DNA of 64,000 bases from Novakomyces olei (GCA_016906335.1 JADEYG010000009.1:1488001-1552000), one strand, 5' to 3'. Shown: positions 21,596-35,378, numbered from the stretch's first letter. The notes: generated from the letters alone by a model not told the origin. Translations and numbers: made by a program.

Positions 21596-24500
21596 ATGGG
21601 TATCTTTTCCTCCTTTGCCGGTGGAGGCGCGACATGGGACTTTTTGCCGCGGGATTTACAGAAGCGCGTTGTGCGCAGCCTCGTGGCCAGTTCAATAGGG
21701 TCGTATATCGAAGTTGGCCCGGCCGAGTTGCAGAGTATTGATTTCGAATTAGGTCGAGGAGTACTGGCGCTGCACAATGTTTCGCTGAGATCGGATAATG
21801 TGAACAAGTACCTTCCACCAAACCTCGTTCTCAGGCGTGGGACTGTTAAGCGGGTCCTGCTGAGGCTTCCGTGGGCCGCCGGATCACGGAAGCGGTTCCG
21901 TGTGGACGTGGAGGGCTTTGATGGTAGTGTTCAGATAGTGAACAGTACACACGAGCACGTCGAGCCCTCTCAGCTACTGAACGAGGCGGCCAACAGCCTT
22001 TCCGGCACACAGCTGCTCGAGCCGGAAGAGCTTTTGTCCTCACAGCTCGTGGGCCAGGGCGAAGATGACGTTGACTACAATCTGGGCATCTACCAAAAAG
22101 TCGTTGACTCTATTCTGTCCAAGCTGGAGCTGCACATTGCGGATATAAGACTGGCCCTGCTGTTCCCGGATTTTGGGGGAAGAAACAGTCAGCCGTTTAC
22201 CCCAATTCTACGTGTGGCACAGTGCGTTGTCACGAGCCAGGAGTCCATGTCGGACATGGAACGCGTATTGCACATTTCAGATATTACACTGTCTCTAAGG
22301 ATAAATGCCTTTGACCATAGCACAAAACACAAACAAGAAAATGGAACAACTGGAGGAACGACCAATGGAACGACTGGAGCCAGTTCCGTATCGGGGAAAG
22401 CGGGTACGGCTGAGCCGGAACCGCCTCCTCCTCTTCCCCCTCGTACCCGTTCCCGCTCGTCGAGCCGATCGTCCTCTGCGTCCTCTGGAGGCGCCTATGA
22501 AACTGCTCTGGGCGAGAGTACAATGATGACTCACGAGCAAGGCCGGAGCCTCTACACTTCGGCCATGGATATGCTCAGTAAAGAGGCAAACAGCTCCACT
22601 GGCTCAGGATTAGTAGGTACAATATACGAGTCAGCGGACGCGATTCCACCGCCTTTGCCGCCTCGTTCAGGCAGTCGATCTGCCCGTAGCGGTACGGGAT
22701 CGCAGGCGGCTCATCTGCCCGGAAATAAGCCGGTCGAGCCGGGTACGGATACCGGCAGTCGGCCCAGCTCGTCTGCCGATTCTCCGGCGGCCGAGCAGAG
22801 CAGTGCAGAGTCTAGCGAAGGAGCCGAAGGAGCCGAAAGCTCTAATATAATCAAGATCGACCGAGTCCGTACGATCGTGCGCAGGAATGGTGAAATTGCT
22901 GACAATGTGTGTGATTTGCTGCTCGTTAATATCGATGCACAAACTGCGTCTGCCTTGTATGAGGTGTTTACTATATTTATGAGCAGTCTGCCTCAGCGGT
23001 CCACTCCGCCAGAGTCGCCAGCTGCGCAGGGCCAATCAGGCCAATCAGCACAAGTCTTGTGTAGAATTAATCTGTCGATTAATGCTTTGAGGATTGCTTA
23101 CCAGGGGACAGAGGGCGAATATAATGCCAAACTGGCAATGGTCAAAGCCTCGCTGAGATCCATTGAGGACCGGTTCGATACACTGATGTCTTCAATCGAG
23201 GCATTTAGCATCTTTCAAGGTTTGTCGAGCCATCCACTACTCCGAGCAAAGATCGCGGCTCAGTACAATATTGGACCGGCTACGGCACACGTACGGCTCG
23301 TCGATCCTGTCATTCAGGTCATCGTCGATGACTACATAAAGATAATTGCAGAAATACAGACGCTTATGGCCGCCCTGCACGAGAATCGGGATGCCAAGGC
23401 TCAAGGCAGCAACGGCAGCACTATCCAAAGGCCACAGAGCTTTGGCCGTGCAAACGTGGGTTTGGGTCCTTCAGAACGTAGCAACAGGGCTCTCTCAATT
23501 GCTGTTACTGTTACGGCAGAGATTGCTCGACTGAACCTGAGTGTCGGCTCAAAGAGTGCAGACACGATTAAATCGATCTTTGGACCAATGACTCTGGCCT
23601 TTGACGTGTCCCGTCCCACAGAGACTTTTAATCTACACGTCGGCAAAGCTAAAGCCTTTGGCAACTATGGCGGCCACGATAGCCGGACTCCTTTCGTGTC
23701 TTTTACGAATATGAGCCTTTGCCAGCTTGATCGGAGAGTGGGAACTGTGAGGGCGCTTCGAGATCGGGAACTGCTCGAACGACTCGATCAGTCGCTCAAT
23801 GCCCGCTCGATTGAGCCGCTGTTTTCCCACTTGTTTCGTCTCTCTTTCCAACGCGTCAAGGTCGATACTCAGGCTAGTATTGGAGGCCTTTTGGGCAGAG
23901 TCTTGCAGGAAATTACACAGCTTCAAACGCAATTGGCTCAGCCTGAAACTGTCCGGAATAAACCTTCTCCGTCACCTTCTTCTCCTTCGTCTCCGTCTCC
24001 TTCCTCTTCTTCAAATCTGCCCTGCTTAATGCTTTGTGTAGACCATTTGTCAACTTCGCTGTTGACATCGTCGAAAAGACTCGTTACTTCGCACCACAAT
24101 ATAGTCGTTGCAGACGGAGCGCTGCTTGAGTCCAACCAGCATTTGAGGATTATTGTGAGTGAGCATATAAGATGCGAAGTATCGAGCCTCGACAATCAGA
24201 CTCGTAACGGGTTTGTCGCTGACAGTGCAGAGGCAACCAATCATCTTCAAGCTTACACGCTCAATGGCTCAAGCTACAAGGCAAGGCTGTCTAATTTTGG
24301 AGTAATGTTCAACCCTGACTCGTCTGTTCCAACTGACGTTTTGCACGTCCTCGACGAATGCTCTCGGGCATTCACCGACTCTTTTCCCTCCTTGTCTCGG
24401 CCGCCGCTGCCGTCTCGGCCGGCCGAGACGGCACCGGCCTCCGAAGATGGAAAAAAGGCAGACAAGTCAGACAAGGCAGAACATTCAGACGGGAGCAGTG

Positions 24501-27443
24501 AAAAAAAATCAAGCAAGGCTGTCGCTATCAGTGGCGAAATCGAGCTGATTGCTTGTGAAGTAATTGCCTTTTCAAGCGCTCCTCTGTCCTCCAGAACGAC
24601 TTGCCGGCTTTTGCTTGATTCAGCAGTGGCAGAGTTTAGTGGCCCCGACGAGTACCTCGCCGGGTTTGTTGAAAAGGCGCACATTAAACTCTCCGGCACG
24701 AGTCCAAAGGCCAAAACTGACCTGTTCCAGGTCGCTTGGGAGGTGAGTGAGACACTCGAGTTTGCTGATATTGGGTGCCTGGCGAGTCTTAAAGCCGAGC
24801 TGCAGTTTAAGAAAACGGCTCCTTACCTGTCCGTCAGCCTTAAATCCACAGACCCGGACCAGTTGAACGTGAGCCTCTCTAGCTGTGCCGATTCAACAGC
24901 GAGCCTGCTGGCCTTTGTCGATGATTTAAAGGCGGCCCAGCAGCTACCGGCTGCTCTGCCTGGCCAGAAGGAAGGCTCAGAGACAGAGACAGAGGCAGAG
25001 ACAGAGCCAAAGGCAGAGCCAAAGGCAGAGCCAAAGGCAGAGCCAAAGGCAGCACTGTCTGCGAGCGGCACTGATCTCCACATGTCTCGGCTGATAGACG
25101 AGGACGCGTTTGGTCCAAACGCAGTGTTTGAGCCTAAACTTGTTCGGCTGCCGGAGGACGAGCCTGGGATGAAGGACGGGATTGTGGTCGACGGCAGTTT
25201 GGTACAGGATCCGGAGCTGATTGAGAGCTACTATGGCCAATCGGCTCCAGTGTCTGTGGCACTTGAGGCCTCTAATTGTAGTGGCAAAGCTGGCTCAGCT
25301 GGCTCGAGTGGCACAGAGGCCACTGTCCGACGAAAAGAGTCTCCGCCTGTAAATGCTGACAATAAGGGAGACAACGACGCAGAGACGAGCAGAGTGCGAG
25401 TAAGCTTACGTGACGAGTCCGATTTTGTTGTGGACGAGGACCATTTTATGAGCAATACAGTTCTGCTCGATATAGGAAAGGAGACGCGTGAGGCAGTTCC
25501 AGAGTTTATGCTGAAAGCCAAAGGCATTCGAGCCGACTGGAAGCTTTACGACGGGTACGACTGGACGTCTACGCGTCAGGCTTTAGCCGCGTATACGGGA
25601 TCGAGACCGGAGCGGCAAGAGCAGCCGAGCCGGGCAGCAGCCGAGGGTACTGGCCAGAGTGCCAGCAGAGTGGCCGCCTCCAGCTCGGGAAGCTTGCCAA
25701 GCTCGGCAAGTTCTGCTCTGCCGCCTTTACTGCCTCCACGAAAGAATGAGCCAGTTGATCCTCTGCAGAGCACAGTAGACAGTGCCATTTTCCACGGCCA
25801 AAAGGCAGATCAAAACGCAGACCAAAAAGCCCAAAAAACAGACCAAAAAGCCCAAAAAACAGACCAAAAAACAGACGAAAAACCAGACCAAAAAGCCCAA
25901 AAAACAGACGAAAAAACAGAAAAAATAGACTTTGGCAGGACAATGGCCCGTATGAACAAGCAGACGCTGCAGTCGGTTCGGTCAGCAGAGGCCAAAGCTC
26001 GAGTCTGCCTGTCCGGGCTGTCTGCGAGTGCCGATATTTATGGCGGTGGAGGCCCAACAAAAGGCAGTTCTCTCGTACGGAGCAACAGCCGTATTGTCCT
26101 CGACGAGGTGGAGATTATCGACAATGTGCCCACGTCTACGTGGAACAAGTTCCTGACCCAGTTTCGAACCGGCGACGCAAAGTACCTGGGCCAGCCAATG
26201 CTCTCTGTCGACCTGACCAGCACAGCTCCACTGGCAGAACTGCTGGCGACAGAGGTTCTAATCTCGGTCAAGTGCCTCCCTGTGCGCCTGCATGTGGACC
26301 AGGACACTCTGGATTTTTTGCTGCGCTTCTTTGAGTTCCAGCGTGGACCGGTTGAGGAGGCAGCATCAGCAGGAGAAACTGCCCTCGGCCCACAGGGCTC
26401 AGTATTCGTACAGAGGTTCGAGTGCCAGGACGTGGCAGTCCGGCTGGACTATAAGCCAAAGAAGGTCGACTATGCTGGGCTCCGTGCCGGCAATACGACA
26501 GAGTTTATGAACTTTTTCACCCTCGAAGAATCGGATTTCGTACTGCGCCACGTTATCCTCCACGGAGTCCCTGGACTGCCTCGGCTGGCTGAGGCATTGA
26601 ACGGGATCTGGATGCCTGATATCCGCACAAACCAGCTCACGGGAGTCCTCGCCGGCCTCGGGCCGATCAGGTCGATCGTGTCCCTCGGCGGAGAGGTCCG
26701 TGACCTCTTCCTTGTGCCCCTCAGGAACTCGAGGCAGGACGGACGGTATTTTTACCACGTCAACAGGAGCGTAGCCGCTTTTGCTCAAAATACAATCTCT
26801 GAAGCTGCAAGACTGGGCGCCAGATTTGCAATAGGAGCACAGAATTTCTTGGAGACGGCGGACGGGTACCTCACCAGCCAAAACAGTATTAACCATATTA
26901 ATATTAACAATATTAATAATATTAATGGCGTTAATGGCATGAACCATATTGCCGCCAGCAGCCGGTACTCTCAGCAGCCAGCGAGCGCTCGGCAAGGCGT
27001 TTCCGACGCTGTGACGAGTGTGCAGAGGAACATGAGCACTGCCGGACAGGCATTGAGGCATATTCCCGCGGATATTAGAGACGGCGATGGATCAGCTGCC
27101 AGAGCAGTTGCCCGGGCAGTACCGCGCGCTGTGCTGCGGCCCATGATTGGAGCCTCTGAGGCTATTTCCAATACTCTGTTTGGGATCCGTAACGATATTG
27201 ATCCAGAGTCGCTTGCTCGGGTTAATGATGTATGTATATGACTAGAGATTGTTCAAAGTAGAATGCTGGAAGGAAAAGGAAAAGAAAAAGAATTATAGAG
27301 AAGAAAGGGAAAAGACAAAAGTGAAAGAAAAAGTGGATAAAAGCATTGAATAATACAAACCAAGAAACTATTCATTTACTGAAACATTTACTAACTGTTA
27401 GAAATATGCACGTGTGGGACGAGAAAGGACGACAGGGCAGTGA
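21596..27443 (+). CDS. ATG2: Autophagy-related lipid transfer protein Atg2, 2 exons
   Basis: Chorein-N-like start; WKLYDGYDW; IIDNVPTSTWNKFL; PVRLHVDQDTLDFL; LDYKPKKVDY; WMPDIRTNQL; VLRPMIGASEA. One intron after ...VND, then a last exon KYARVGRERTTGQ. Confidence 0.95.
24978..25051 (+). repeat. Coding minisatellite in ATG2: ET/EA repeats, then (GAGCCAAAGGCA) x4 encoding EPKA
   Basis: Read directly from sequence and translation. Confidence 0.9.
25797..25925 (+). repeat. Coding A-rich degenerate repeat in ATG2 (DQKAQKT/DEK units)
   Basis: GACCAAAAAGCCCAAAAAACA-type units, in frame. Confidence 0.85.
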
Positions 27444-27830
27444 TCAAGAGGCTTAGAAATGGATGAGTGTTGTGAGTTTGCGACGGGTATAAATAACATT
27501 TAATTATGGAAATAATTCATGGAACTGCGATGAATAAAGCGACAGGACGGCGACGGCGACAGTGGTGGACAGTGTTGTTTTCTTTGGGTAGGAGTAATGG
27601 ATTCACGTATAATAATGAATAATAGTGCTTAAAGTTTAGGTTGTAATGAAGACTGGTATTACTGCGGTGTCCAAATCCACCCACTAATCACAACTATTTA
27701 ATGTGAATTTAGTATATACTAAACAGCCTTGGGCGTGATTGACGGTAAATGTCCTGGTCCCATAAAAGAGTAATTAAACGTCTGTTTCAAAGCCAAATGG
27801 TAGAAATAATTGGACAGTGATAAGTACAAA

Positions 27831-28313
27831 TCAATCCTGAGCTTTTTTGGCTTTAGCGAACGCGTCAGTGACGCCAACGAACCCATAGTGATGATCACGA
27901 GAGCCGTAAAACTCGTGCGACGGCAGTTCGGGAACTCTCCACTGCTTTGGTCTCAGCTTTAGCACTATATCAACGGCCTTTGCCTCTTGATCCGAGAGTT
28001 TAGGCGATACTCGGATCCTATGGGCGGTCTGTGGAGCACACCATCGCTTTAACTGTTGCTTTTGCGCCTCGTTCAAGGGTAAAAACTCTACCGTTCCTGT
28101 TAGATCATTTGACGCGGAAAAGGGCTGGGGCGTTAGTCTGCAGTGAAACGATCTGCTTCCTACCGTATTTTGTGTCAAAAGACAAACCGGTGCAATTTGC
28201 GTACTGAACCATTTCTCTAATTCAGCATAAAACGAGAGTGTAAAGACATATTTTGGCTGCTGGAAAAAGCTCTGTACCCGCCAGTGAAACACCCGGGCCG
28301 ATCGGCCCTGCAT
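27831..28313 (-). CDS. Hypothetical basic protein (160 aa unspliced, 147 aa if a 39-nt intron is removed)
   Basis: ORF in a GC-richer island between AT-rich spacers, with a candidate intron 28163-28125 (GTAGGA...ACTAAC GCCCCAG). No family recognised. Confidence 0.6.
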   Translation of the reverse strand: MQGRSARVFHWRVQSFFQQPKYVFTLSFYAELEKWFSTQIAPVCLLTQNTVGSRSFHCRLTPQPFSASNDLTGTVEFLPLNEAQKQQLKRWCAPQTAHRIRVSPKLSDQEAKAVDIVLKLRPKQWRVPELPSHEFYGSRDHHYGFVGVTDAFAKAKKAQD

Positions 28314-28319
28314 GTATTT

Positions 28320-28420
28320 ATTTTAATTATATTTAATTGTATTTAATTGTATTTAATTGTGTTTAATTGTATTTAATTGTTCTTATTATATATAATTATA
28401 TATAATTATTATTAATTGTA
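28320..28420. repeat. 10-bp AT-rich tandem repeat (TTTAATTGTA) x about 6 plus degenerate copies
   Basis: Read directly from the sequence. Confidence 0.8.
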
Positions 28421-28601
28421 TTTACAATTACAGAAATATTTGATGATTTTGATATTTGATTATATTCACGAGTTCAATTATAATTATATTCATGTTATCG
28501 GTATATTCAAATTATACTACAGTAGTCGGTATTATACTAAATCATCTGCCGATAAATACAAAGATCCTTTTCCATCATAGCGTATAATGATTAGGAAAAA
28601 A

Positions 28602-30662
28602 TTAGCGCGATTGTGGTGTGGTGGCAGCTGAACGTAAATGCGCTCCAGCTCCACTGAAAAGTGATTTCCAAAGAAAGGCTTCGGAAAGTAGCAATTCGAT
28701 CTGCTGTTCGCCCCAGTCGTGAGTGGGAAGCGACTGGAGGAAAATCATAATCTCCTGGAAATCCATTGTTTGAAGCACAGAGGACCATTTCACCAGAAAG
28801 GCTGCACAAACGTAAAGATGAAACTCGGTAAATCCAGTCGATCCTTCCGCTAAGTACGTGTCCCACATACGAATTGTATTATTGACTGAAAGCTCTCGCA
28901 TTAACAAGCAATTCATCCACCGAAAACTAAACTGCATAAATTCAACTCCTTCATCCGCTAAATGCTGAGCCAAAGGTGCATCAATACGAAACGTTAATTC
29001 TCGCAAATTGGCTACCTGTCTATGGATACCAGGCTGTGCATGTATATAGTTGTCCTGGACATCATCCAGCAATTTTGAAAGGCACCAAAAGCTATCAGCC
29101 TCGATAGCATCGAGCACTTGCAGCGGCAGCAGCGAGGGATCAAATTGTTCGGGGTCCCGGTCTATGTAACTGGATAAAAAGACTTCAAATAACGGAGTCA
29201 CTAGATCATTTATGCCCTGCACGTACCCGCTCGCCGGGTGTCGCATTGCCCAAGAGTATAATATGCGTTCCAGGCACTGTAGTATTAGAGAAGATTGTTA
29301 TAAATAAATAAACATATATATATATATATATTCCCAAATCCGACCTACCCTTTGTGTAGCAACTTGCTGGTACAGTAAGATTTGAGGGTTAGTTCGAGGC
29401 ACATCAATATGAACTTGATGGTAAATTGCCTGATCTAAACTCTCCGGCCCTTGGCTAAAGTACCGTTTAGCACCGGCAAAGTACTCCTGCCTTTTCCTCG
29501 CCAGCGTGGCTGCTCTTCGATCTGCATTCGCGGGCAAATAGCCCAAAAGAAGTTGCCAGACCACGGGCCTGAGCTCTTGAGGCACTCCGTTCCACGCCAG
29601 TCTTCGTAAGGCCTTGCAGTCGACAGTAGACATGGTTAAAACACGCTTGAACTTCTCAATTCGAGCAATTCGAGCACTGCGCTCTTCCAGATCCGATCTG
29701 GAACTTGTACTACTCGGTCGTAAAGCAGCTAAAGAACTGCTATTTGGTAGACGTGACACGATACACGAAGGATCGTGCATTATTTCTTTTAAGTTTGATT
29801 TTATCGCCTGCTCTAAGCCTCCACGTTGAACCTGTTCAAGTAAGGATTCACTGGCTGCCATTACCGTCTCAGGCACAGTGTTTTCCCTGCGTAATGGTTT
29901 CCCCCGTAAATCATCGTCGTTAATATCGCATTGCCAATCGTCCTCGGTTTGCTTCATGTAATCATTAAATCGGGCTAATTTGGACGAGTGTCCTGCATGC
30001 CTCGGAGAGCCCGCACGTTGTGGCGACGATGGAGTGTGCGGCCGTGATGAGTTTCTGACTGTTAGCTTTTGGGAAGGCAGGCTATAAAACGAGGATAGAA
30101 TGGTTGGGGCAATAGCGAAAGGCTTAGTCTGAAAAGTATGAAAAGATTGGAAAGATAAAAGCAGTATAAAACTTATTAAAAAATCCAGATCGAAAAAGGA
30201 CCATAAGTAAAATTGATAAAGCACATCATGAGCGGCCATTAAGCGAAATCAACGAGGAAATAAACGAAATTAATTTGAGCTTGAATTTAAATTTAAATTT
30301 AAATCTAAATTTAAATCTAATTTTAATTTTGATTTCGAATTTGATTTCGAATTTGAATTGAAAAAGACGTTTCAAGAAAGAGTCACAAACAATAAGCATT
30401 GTTAATATCACTTACTTTTCCTCATACTTGAGTGCATCTACGTGTGAATAAGCAGCGCCCACTATACGCCCATTAGCGGAGCGAGTTCGTTCCCTTCACA
30501 GATCAGCAACAAGAAAAAACATTTAAAAATTTACCGCGACAGACGCAGCCGACCCGCCAGACTGTTTGTTTAGTCAATCTCGAAGTTTACAGGTCATATT
30601 ACTCTAAAGAGTCTGCACACGTTAGCCCAAAGATCAAACGCAGCCTTACCAATCTGAGTCAT
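28602..30662 (-). CDS. GYP1: Rab GTPase-activating protein Gyp1 (TBC1D22 family), 6 exons
   Basis: LRRLAWNGVPQELRPVVWQLLLGYLP; HQVHIDVPRTNP; HPASGYVQGINDLVTP; EADSFWC; FMQFSFRWMNCLLMRE. Short 5' exons splice to MTQIDSLDLAGRLRLSRERT... Confidence 0.93.
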
Positions 30663-31328
30663 TTCGGGCTGCGACCGCGACTATAATTAGAACACTTTGA
30701 ACTCCACGAAACCCTTACTGCGCTGTTCATACTGAAGGCTGAAACGCGCTAATCTTCTCGCCTAGACCATCGTCGTCTACGCCGAACTGCCACAAAGTCC
30801 GTCGCCCGTGTACGTATTATCTCAACTTACGTTAAATAGAGACTGTATGGATAATAAGAATAAATACAGTATTTATTAGTTAATAGTTTACTAGTTTACT
30901 TGCGTGTTGTTTCTTCCGTGTTTTATACACGCAGCGTGGAGATGATATATCAATATTTATCAATATTATCCACATATATCCATATTTTTATGGTTTTTGT
31001 TTTATGTTCTGTGTTCTAAGCTTATTGGTTTTTTTTGCGTGGATTAAGAGAGTAGGAAAAATATGAAAATAAAATATTTACAATAGTCGTGAAATGTACG
31101 CTTAAATGCTCTGTCTTGTAAAGTAATTTCCTGTAATATTAGTATTACTGCCAATATCAGTCAGCATCGTTATCAATATTAGTATTTATTAATATTAATA
31201 TTATAAATGCCGTAGGTATGTGCCCCGTACGTAGTAAACTGTGAAACTGTGTTTTTATTTAATTAATATATTAATTATTATTTTATAGTGTATAGCGCAC
31301 GTACTTTGTATGACCGCAAAGGCTTACG

Positions 31329-32425
31329 ATGGCGGAGGAGACAAAAGGTGCAACTAAGGGTATGGCAAACCTGTTGGATAATGCATTTGCATACCCAATT
31401 TGCCAATGGGCTAATTTAGTTAGAGGAGCAACTTTTTGGCGCAGCTCGCGCGGACAATTTGGAACTGCTTCAAAGTCTCGTCGAGGAATTGCAACCGGAT
31501 CCAGTCGCGTTCCTGAACAAGGTCCGTGATCCGCTCGGGAACAGCGTGCTACATTGCTGCTGTGCATACAATAGTCGGGATTGCCTCAATTATTTGCTCG
31601 ACATTGATAAACTTGACCTTGATGTGCCGAATACTTTAGGTACTGGTTTTGTTATGCCTCAAGGCTTCTGTGGACGCATCTGACCAATAGCCGGCGACAC
31701 GCCTCTACATGTTGCAGTACAAGCGGCCCGCAAGTATCCCGAAGCCGTTGAAATGGGTATACATTTTATTCTATTCATTTAATTCTTTTTATTTATTCTA
31801 TTCCGTTTATTTATTCTATTTTTATTCTATTTTTATTAGTTTATTTTTATTATTCTATTTATTTATTTATTTTGCCATTATTGATGAGTGTCTTTGAGTT
31901 TTTGTGATTTGTAACTATTTTTCTAGTTTAGACTTGATATATTTCTGGTTTTAAGGGCTTCTTTACTCTGTCCACTTTTTGTATCCTCAAACTCGTATTT
32001 TACTAGCCTTTGCGCCCAAAAGATACTGCTTTTGTGAACGCCTCCCCATATCCAATTTACATCATCGTGCTCTTTTCTTTTTCTGCTGGTTTCGTATCAC
32101 ATCGCGGATCTATCTAATTTTTAGTGGACTGGCTGGTTGACGCTGGAGCGCGTGTAAAGTAGGAAGCGAGTTCTTTCTCTCTGCTGACTTTGCAGTGTGC
32201 TTAATAAGGACAAATTAAAGCCTATCGATATGGTCCCGGGTGACCAGGAGGAAATGCGTGACATTCTAAAGAACGCAGCTTTAATTGACTTGGCTGGTGG
32301 CGATGCTATAGATGGTATATACTTGCCCATACGGCTTTTCAGTCGTGCCGTGCTAATACTCAGATGACGATGAGTCAGACAACGGCGATAGCGCATCGGA
32401 CAACGAAGGGTCTTCTCCGGAATAG
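31329..32425 (+). CDS. Small ankyrin-repeat protein (yeast YCR051W-like), 6 exons
   Basis: MAEETKGATKEEQLFGAARADNLELL...DPLGNSVLHCC...GDTPLHVAV...LVDAGA...NKDKLKPID, followed by an acidic tail. Confidence 0.8.
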
Positions 32426-32976
32426 CTTCAGAGACTATATCTCCATAATTTCTCATATAAACATACGTTTTGGGTTACGTAGTTTTAAGACCTTGTGATG
32501 AATAGCTTGTAATCTAGCTCTTAATCTCTTTTTAATTGGCACGAGATCTCACTGAGCTGGGTTTAAAACTTGTGTTTTCAAATCCAATTTGCCTTACTCG
32601 GAACTATAATACTATACAAAATACATACTGAATATGCTGAGCTTTTCTAAATATGAGAAGAATTTTATGGTATCATAACAATCAAAATTCGTTTGGGGAA
32701 AAGAGGAGGGGAAAATAAGGCAGTAGCACCTTTAAATCTGTCCTACTCTTTGTTAAGACCCAATTTTAAACCAGGAACCTCTTGATGACACAGTAATAAA
32801 ATAGGCGTATTTTGGGTATCAGAGACGAGTCGTACAATTTTGAATTAGTCGCCATCGTCGTAAACAGATTCCAGTTGAAACTCCTGTTGATGAAAATTTG
32901 AGCTCAAAAATAAGGGAATCATCAAGTTTGTCTTTCAATTTTCTTGCCATACTTATCCACAAAATCTAACCGACTT

Positions 32977-35162
32977 TCAACGATACTTTGTGAAGCATAA
33001 AGTGGCATTTGTCCCACCAAATCCAAAACTATTAGTCAGAGCTGCATTGACCTCAGCTTCTTGTGGTTGTTTAGGCACAAAATTGAATTCGTAGTCTTCG
33101 TCTTCATCACCGGGCGAATCTAAATTCAATGTAGGAGGCAATACATTCTGTTCAGTAAGCACAAACTCTTATAAAAAGAGAACAGACTAAATTGGCGTCA
33201 AAAAATAAAAAAATAAATAAAAAAAGCACAAACACACAGAAGAGAAAGAAAAAGAAAAAAGAAAAAGCAAGAAAAGAAAGTAAAATATGATTCAGCTCGA
33301 CCAAATGATAATGATGGGAATAATTACGTTGTGTATAGCCAGGATTGTCGCAATTGCCTCAACAGAGCCAGCAGCTCCAAGCAAATGACCAATCGCACCC
33401 TTGATGCTACTGACAGAAACGTCGGAGGGCCTATTCTTTCCGTCAGATCTGAGCATGAGCCGATGAATGGCCGAATATTCGGCAGCATCTCCCAGTAGAG
33501 TACTAGTTGCATGAGCATTGATATAATCAATATTGTTGGCTGAGAATCCAGCACGGCTGAGTGCCCTCGACATGGATAGAAACGCACCATTGCCTTTTGG
33601 ATGCGGAGCCGTCATGTGATGAGCGTCTCCACTTAAGCCATAGCCTCGTAGCTCTCCGTATATTTTTGCACCTCTCTCTTTAGCGTGTTCGAGCTCCTGA
33701 CAGGGTCAGTCGACTGATAAATATTTCTCGCACGCATTAAACTTTGAATTCAGACAAGTGTAAAACGAATAAAAAGATTATGAGGCTCGTCTGGTATGGT
33801 TAAAAATAAGATTTCAGCACAAGTTAGGTGCAAATCTTCAAGGCGCCCTTGAGGTGCACTTACACAAGACGAGTTTCAAATAATAAATAAAGGTTATTGC
33901 GTTCAAGACTTGTATAAACCGGGTTGTAGTAGTCTCAAATTACATATTACAATATCCAATTCAAGTTGGACAATGAACGTTTCAAATAAATAAGCGGTAC
34001 GTGGGGAAAAGGACACAAAGCATATAGTGTTAAGGGAAATATAGAGCTAAGGGAATAATACCTCCAAGACAACGATCCCGGCTCCTTCACCTAGTACAAA
34101 ACCCGCACGCTTTTTATCAAACGGCCGCGATGCAGTTTGAGGATCGCAATCAACAGCCAAACTTTTGGCCCTAGATTCATTAGCAGAGATTCAAATTTTT
34201 GTTTAATTACCGTGCAAATCCAGCAATAGCCAATGGATGTAAAGGCGCCTCTGTGCCTCCAGCCAGCATAATATCGGCATCACCATATTCAATAAATCGT
34301 GATGCGTCACCAATTGCGTGGGCGCCTGTTGTACACGCAGTAGCAGCCGCGTGATTGGGGCCTGCAAAGCCAAAGTGTATACTCACGTGTCCCGCAGCCA
34401 TATTGGCGAGGATCTTTGGTACAAACATGGGCGATACTTTGCGAAACCCCTGAGGCCCGTCAGTACTGAGTCAGAAAACGATCCATTATGAATTGAACTT
34501 GAAACAGAGACTATCATAATAAAAATAATAATAAAAATAAAAACAACAAAATGATGATTAAAATAGGAAAATAAAATAAAATGTGTTAAAAAAAAAGAAT
34601 TGAAATAGCCTTGGAGACAGGCTTTGAGCAGTAAAAAAGTGCAGGCTTACACGTTTATCGAACGCGATTGACGTATCGTATACATCCTGTAAGCTGCCAA
34701 TACCAGAACCAATGCACACACCCGTTTTCAAGCGATCTTGTTCGGAAATGTCTGATATTCCAGCGTCGGTTACGGCTTCTTGCGCGGCGCAAAGAGCGTA
34801 CTGCGTAAAGAGAGCCGTAGTACGGGACAGCTAGAGCGAAAATGCAAGTTTAGTAGGCGCGCTTTTTCATCGAGAGGATAAGTGAATAAAAGAATAATAT
34901 TTAATTCATTTAAACTAAATAATAAATGGTTTTTTCATACTCCAGAGGGCACTTTATCTGTGCTCCAGCCTTCAGTTTCACCTGTCGCCTCTGTCGCGCT
35001 TGGAACTGGCGCAGCAATTTCCACAGGCAGATTCGTAGGTAGGCGGTCTTTGATAGACCGAACTGCGCTGCAGCCGGATAACAGGCCGCGCCATAGCGCT
35101 GTGACGCCCACACCAAAGGGCGAAACTGACCCAAGGCCAGTTATTACCACCCGGCGCGTCAT
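32977..35162 (-). CDS. CEM1: Mitochondrial 3-oxoacyl-ACP synthase (FabF-type), 6 exons
   Basis: [79 protein letters not shown]. Confidence 0.95.
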
Positions 35163-35378
35163 TTGACTAGACTAATTAGGTGCGATTTTTAGTAATTTAA
35201 GTACGTACCGCTATTATTATACACTTATTGTATGTGTTTTGCGAGCGATTACTCTGTCTTACATTGACACTACATAAAACGTCTGACGCCTAGACTCACG
35301 GGACCCGTCCATTTATTTTCGTCGTCTTTTTTAAGTGGTTTCCTTTTATGATTGGTTGAAGCTTCTGGGAGAATACAT

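Noticed and set aside
27239-27245. TGA CTA readthrough motif at the end of the ATG2 track ORF
   Set aside because: It lies inside the final intron; the spliced stop is at 27441-27443.
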